Source of the DNA: Lenisia limosa | Taxonomy: Eukaryota > Protista > Breviatea | DNA length: 50,180 nucleotides | Assembly (NCBI GenBank): GCA_001655205.1 | Contig: LPNZ01011129.1 | Location: 1-50,180, forward strand | Direction of reading: 5' to 3' | In this document: piece by piece, positions 45,637 through 50,180 of the stretch | Numbering within the stretch: position 1 is the first letter of the stretch | Layout: every line of letters begins with the position of its first letter | Position numbers and translations under genes: made by a program | Notes under the pieces: model-generated | What the model saw: the letters and a program-made list of their open reading frames with translations, nothing else | Databases searched by the model: none | Told to the model about the DNA's origin: nothing

Positions 45637-48600
45637 ATGGAGACACCAGCCCCCCAAACGTGGACTGAGGAGCAAGCAACTCGCGAGCCTGGTTTGAGGG
45701 GGTGGGTGCTCAGTTTGAGGAGGTAACGGGTAAATGGGAGACATGTTGACGTGAGGTTGTTGGGGTATTTTTACCGAAAGTTGTCAGGGGACCGAGGTGA
45801 ATATTGATTCTACAATTAACTTTTAGTTATTTGGGTAGTATTCAGTGTATAATAATATCCCATATTACACAGTTATTACTTTCCTCCTTTGCTCGAAATA
45901 TCCCTATACTGACACAAAAGCAGGTACCCTCTCACCTCGTTACTTGAGACGCGGACAAGCCCATTCAGAAAGTCTCGAAGACAAATCCTCCATGGTGAGT
46001 GAGGAGGACTGGGTCCAAATATATTCATATATAATATATAAACCGAGTAATGTCGATATTTTGTCAGGTTTTAATGAGATGGAAGGTCATTCTTGGAACA
46101 CTGAAGTGTCAGTCTCTACTCTCCAGCTGGTGTTTTCTTCTCAAATAATTCACATTTCTCACACGTGCAGGAAATTCTTCGCGAGGTCGAAGCCACGGAA
46201 GCCCACCTCTCACACCTGATGAGCACCCTGGAAACCCTCATCAACCAGAAGGAAGCCATGGAAGCATCCCTCCGAGCCGAAACCGAGGCCGATAACGAAA
46301 TGATTGCGAAGGCCGCCGCCGCCGAGATGTCCGACTCCGACCAGGAGCTGGAAAAAGACCAAGGTGCAGCCCAGGGTGACGCAGATGTTGAGACTAAAGA
46401 TTCTCAGAAGGTTGGCGTGAGTGTTTATTTTGTCTTCTGGCTCATGTGACACATGTTGTAAATAATAAGAGGAAGTTTGTATCTGACCGAAACTGTGCAT
46501 TCCTCATGTTTGTAATGGTTTTGTATTAATGTTTCAAAAGTACGTATTTTTTGTGTTATATTATAGCAAGATCTCTTATAAGCGTGATGATGTGGACGGC
46601 TTCGGTCAGATATTACCTTATTTTTTATTTCTCATTGCTATAATATATTATATTATATTATAGCATGATATGATATGATATAGTCTGCACTACATTGGGG
46701 AAGCTTCATTATTTTTCAGGAAGATGAAATTGAGGCTACTGAAGAAAACATTGAGAATCCAGGTTGGAATGGGTCATTCTGTCATTAATTGTCCAACGAT
46801 ATTGAAATCATATGAGTGCCATGGTGTGTACTGATTGTATATTTAACGGGCTCAATCATACTATCTATAATGTGATATGGGCTCCATCACACTATCTATC
46901 ATGTGATATGGGCTCCATCACACTTTCTATCATGTGATATGGGCTCCATCATGCTATCTATCATGTGATATTATCGGTATCACCTGAATTAATGTTTCTT
47001 CGAAAATATTTGCATTGTGATCTCCATTGCTCGTTAACGTTTACGACATTTATACACCATATATAGAGGATGCTACTTTCTGTACTTTGTATTTCTTGAC
47101 AGTATTGGTGATTTGTATCTCCAGGAAATATGGTGCAAATCATACTTAATTATCACCTGTGGACTTGCATGAAACAGTTTTGGCTTTACCCTTCCAGACG
47201 TTAACGTTGACAATGAGGTTGAAGCCTTGGAGAAAGAGAAGGTGTGATTAGTTTTTTTTTTTTTTGTGCTACATTCTTGGGATAAAGATCAATGATTTTA
47301 GTGAACTTCTAAGGATTGTATTAAAACAAAAAACAATACGTCTATATTTGTTCTTCAAACCCTCATGTTTTTCTAATATTTAGCTGGGCTGATTATTGGT
47401 TATACTTTTATTAATACAATACAATATTTTTCATTTGTATTTGTACTCTTCCACCCCCACCCGGTTTACTTATTTTATTGTTTCCAACCCTTGTGTGTTT
47501 TTTTTTTAATCAAATTATATTATTCCTAAATTTTTCATTTTACCCCCCCCCCCCNNNNNNNNNNNNNNNNNNNNNNNNNNNNNNNNNNNNNNNNNNNNNN
47601 NNNNNNNNNNNCTTAATGAAGGAGCAGCTTGAGATGGAGCGACTGATGAAGGAGAAGGATGCCTTGGAAGCCTTGATTGCGGAGGCTGAGGAGCTGAAGA
47701 GGCAGGAAGAGGAGAAGCTGAAGCAAGATGAGGAAAGTGATTCAGAGGAAGAGGAAGAAGGCAGTGGGGATGAAGAGAAGGAAGAAAAAAAGGAAGAAGA
47801 AAATGAGGAAGTTGAAGAGCAAAGCAAGGATGAAGACACCGCCGAAATTCGCGAGGCCAAAGCGGACATTGAAGACGTCAGCATGACCGTGGGGCTGCAA
47901 CAGACCAAACTCATTGAGCTAATGGCAGCAAATGGGCTCGACCTCTTTCAGGTGGCTCAGGACCACGGCATCACCATCCACCAACTTCTGGAGTGGGGGG
48001 GGGNNNNNNNNNNNNNNNNNNNNNNNNNNNNNNNNNNNNNNNNNNNNNNNNNNNNNNNNNNNNNNNNNNTTCACTTTGGTTCGAAAAAAAGACTGAATTT
48101 TAAATCCTCGAAAATTATCCTTTTTTGACCGGTCTTTTTCGAACCGAAGTGAAGCCCTAAGTGTAAGTATCAAAAAAACAAAGTAGTGAAGTTAGGGCAT
48201 TTGCTGTTTGTTGTTGAAATTTCGCAATTTGAAGTCTTACGAGCCCAGCGATGACGATACACTGAACCTACTCCTCCAGCAGGCGGCTTTATTCGCACAA
48301 AGGGATGCGGCTGCATTGGCTAAGACGGAAGAAAACGCACAGAAAGCAGCCACCGCGCAGGAAGAGGCAGAGAAGGATGAGGGAATTAGACAGGTGTGTG
48401 GGGGAGGGGATAAACTTGGTATTATATTGGGGAGGTGCTGGATGGTTGCAAAAAATTTCTAATTTATCTTATATGGTGTGGACGGCTTCAGCTAGACTGC
48501 GTTGTTTCTCATCATACCTCAGGCTGAAGATGACGAAAAGGAGCTTGATGAACTCCAGAAGGAACACGCACATTTACTTTCTCTCATGGCGGAAGCTGAA

Positions 48601-50122
48601 AAGGTCTGTGGTTTTGTACCCTGCTCTGATCAAGAAAATTAGCACCAATTACCATATTTTTACCATATCAGGAGTAGACCTTCCTTTTTACCATATTAGG
48701 CAAGTGGTCCTGATGCCGAAGTCTCTGCCCCCTCTGCGGCCCCTCAAAACCCCTCGCCCACACAGGAAAAAACAGAGAAGCTCTTACAGCTCCAAGCCAA
48801 GCAGAAGGAACTAGCCAACCTTCAAGCCGAGCAGGACAAGTTGATGCAAATGCTGGAACAGCAGAAGCAGCTGGAGGAAATGGAGAAGGAGAAGGCTGAA
48901 TTGGAACAGTTGAAAAGGGAGAAAGAAGAGTTAACCAAGCTCTTGGCTGAAAAAGAGAAACTTGCTGAAGCTCAGGTATCTTGGCATATTGCCACTATTA
49001 ATATTGCTTGGAGTGCTACGTTTATACGTACATATGTATACTTTTCAGCACTGATACCTTATCTGATCTGTACGTTAATCATACTAGTATTTATTCTCTC
49101 TCCCCTCCCCCCGATTTCTTATTGTTTGAAACAACATTCCATATTTACCCCACACACACACATTTACGCCAATATTTTTCATCGAATCCTTCGTTTCACT
49201 CCCCCCCCCCCTAGGAAGAGCAAGAGAACCTCCAGCAGCTAATGACTGAGCAGGCGAAACTTGAGAAACTTCAGGCTGAGCAGTCGGAGCTAATGGCCTT
49301 GCTTGCTAAGGTGGGGGTTTTGGTATCTAGAGGATTATGGTAGATCATTCGATGGGTGACACACCACGATGAGTATGGGGTGTATTGTGTTTCAGATAGA
49401 TATTCCTTCGTTTTACCACCCCAGGCTGAAGCATTGGAAGCATCTTTCAGTGGCACTCCCTCTGGCCCCTCCATTCCTTCCCAGCCTCCCCAGGAACCAA
49501 ATACTGAAGTGAAAACTGAGGGGAATCCCTCTGAAGATGAAAAGCCTGTAAGCTGAGATTCTATTATCAGTAGGGCTTTGATACAACTATTGTTTTTTAA
49601 ATGTTTTTTCCTTTTTGGATTGTTTCAATTTGCAAAACAATTTTCACAATTGATAACTGTATACCTTGAGACATGACTGCTATTTACATATTCAAGGAAC
49701 TTTACATTGCGATAGTCGAATATCCAAGACGAACTATTTGACATTTCTCATCAGCCTTGCCCTAACCAACTAGATTGGCACGATTGACGAGGAGAAGGCC
49801 GCCCTTGCTGAGGAGGAGCAGCGCCTGGCTGACATGCTTGGTGAACTTGACGCGCTGAAGAATGAACGCGACTCACTTCTAAAGAGAAAACAGGTGTGTT
49901 GGTTTTCTAGGTGATCTGGTCTCTTTTTGTGAATATTTACACCTTTTGTTTATAGTCTCTTACCTTTTCAGGAGCTCAGCAAAATGTCAGACTCTCTTGA
50001 TCCCTCCTTGAAAGGTTTGGGGGGCGTTTCAGTTCTTTTGCTTTTGATTTCTTTCTTTTTTTTGCCCTTTTTTTGGGATCATGTGTTTTTTTTTTTTGCT
50101 TTGCTTTCTTTCAGGACAATAG
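45637..50122 (+). CDS. Acidic, Glu/Gln/Lys-rich coiled-coil protein (multi-exon), family not recognised
   Basis: ATG 45637 METPAPQTWTEEQATREP|GTLSPRYLRRG..|EILREVEATEAHLSHLMSTLETLINQKEAME..; further in-phase exons at 46720, 47199, 47612-47995, 48247, 48523, 48700, 49215, 49424, 49774 and 49972, ending LKGQ-TAG at 50120-50122. Heptad-like E/K/Q/L composition. Confidence 0.85.
46482..46610. mobile_element. 129-bp MITE-like foldback (family M2) in an intron
   Basis: TA|tctgaccgaa ... ttcggtcaga|TA, with imperfect complementarity extending ~25 bp inward. Confidence 0.6.
46853..46970. repeat. Intronic minisatellite, 31-bp unit x~3.7
   Basis: tgtgatatgggctccatcacactatctatca in tandem. Confidence 0.92.
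48070..48157. mobile_element. Second M1 MITE copy (left end in gap)
   Basis: ttcactttggttcgaaaaaaagactgaatttt..atcctcgaaaattatc..tttttcgaaccgaagtgaagccc|TA; same termini and related interior as 39729-39824. Confidence 0.75.
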
Positions 50123-50150
50123 ATTTGGGTTTGTTGCTTTATTATGTACG

Positions 50151-50180
50151 CTGGAGTGATGGGATGCGGTGCTGCAGAAG
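50151..50180 (+). mobile_element. 5' end of an R1 repeat, cut by the window edge
   Basis: ctggagtgatgggatgcggtgctgcagaag, nearly identical to the 5' ends of the copies at 33130 and 19760. Confidence 0.8.

Noticed and set aside
43-50122. Alternative genetic code (TAA/TAG as Gln, or TGA as Trp), suggested by apparent in-frame stops near 55-65, 8265, 13510, 21630-21680, 22930-23010 and 45255
   Set aside because: Where I could test it, the case resolved with a different splice site or by reading the opposite strand. Gln-rich exons use only CAA/CAG, and the well-supported genes end at TAA or TAG.

Overview
Intron-rich, AT-rich nuclear DNA of a eukaryote (standard genetic code, GT-AG introns mostly 60-400 nt, many N-gaps that start at poly-G/poly-C runs). 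The source is probably a protist, but the taxon cannot be fixed from the sequence. By manual exon joining I find about nine multi-exon genes: a very large minus-strand gene with helical-repeat-like and ASH/Ig-like segments (runs off the left edge), an ERG8-type phosphomevalonate kinase, a Cys-rich single-pass membrane protein, a SERAC1-like alpha/beta hydrolase, two head-to-head paralogous secreted C-type lectins, a PLD3-like phospholipase D/nuclease, a poorly resolved minus-strand gene, and an acidic coiled-coil protein. No prokaryotic systems, CRISPR arrays, tRNA or rRNA genes were seen. The most striking unexplained pattern is a ~145-bp interspersed repeat (10 copies) that ends in a poly(C) tract. 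Where it can be checked, that end sits at or within ~25 nt of a splice site: sense copies at acceptors, antisense copies at donors. Other leads are a probable antisense gene nested in a kinase intron, two small TA-flanked MITE families, and a G-tract/C-tract intron architecture. All gene models are hand-built and approximate, and family calls rest on motifs recalled from known proteins, not on database searches.
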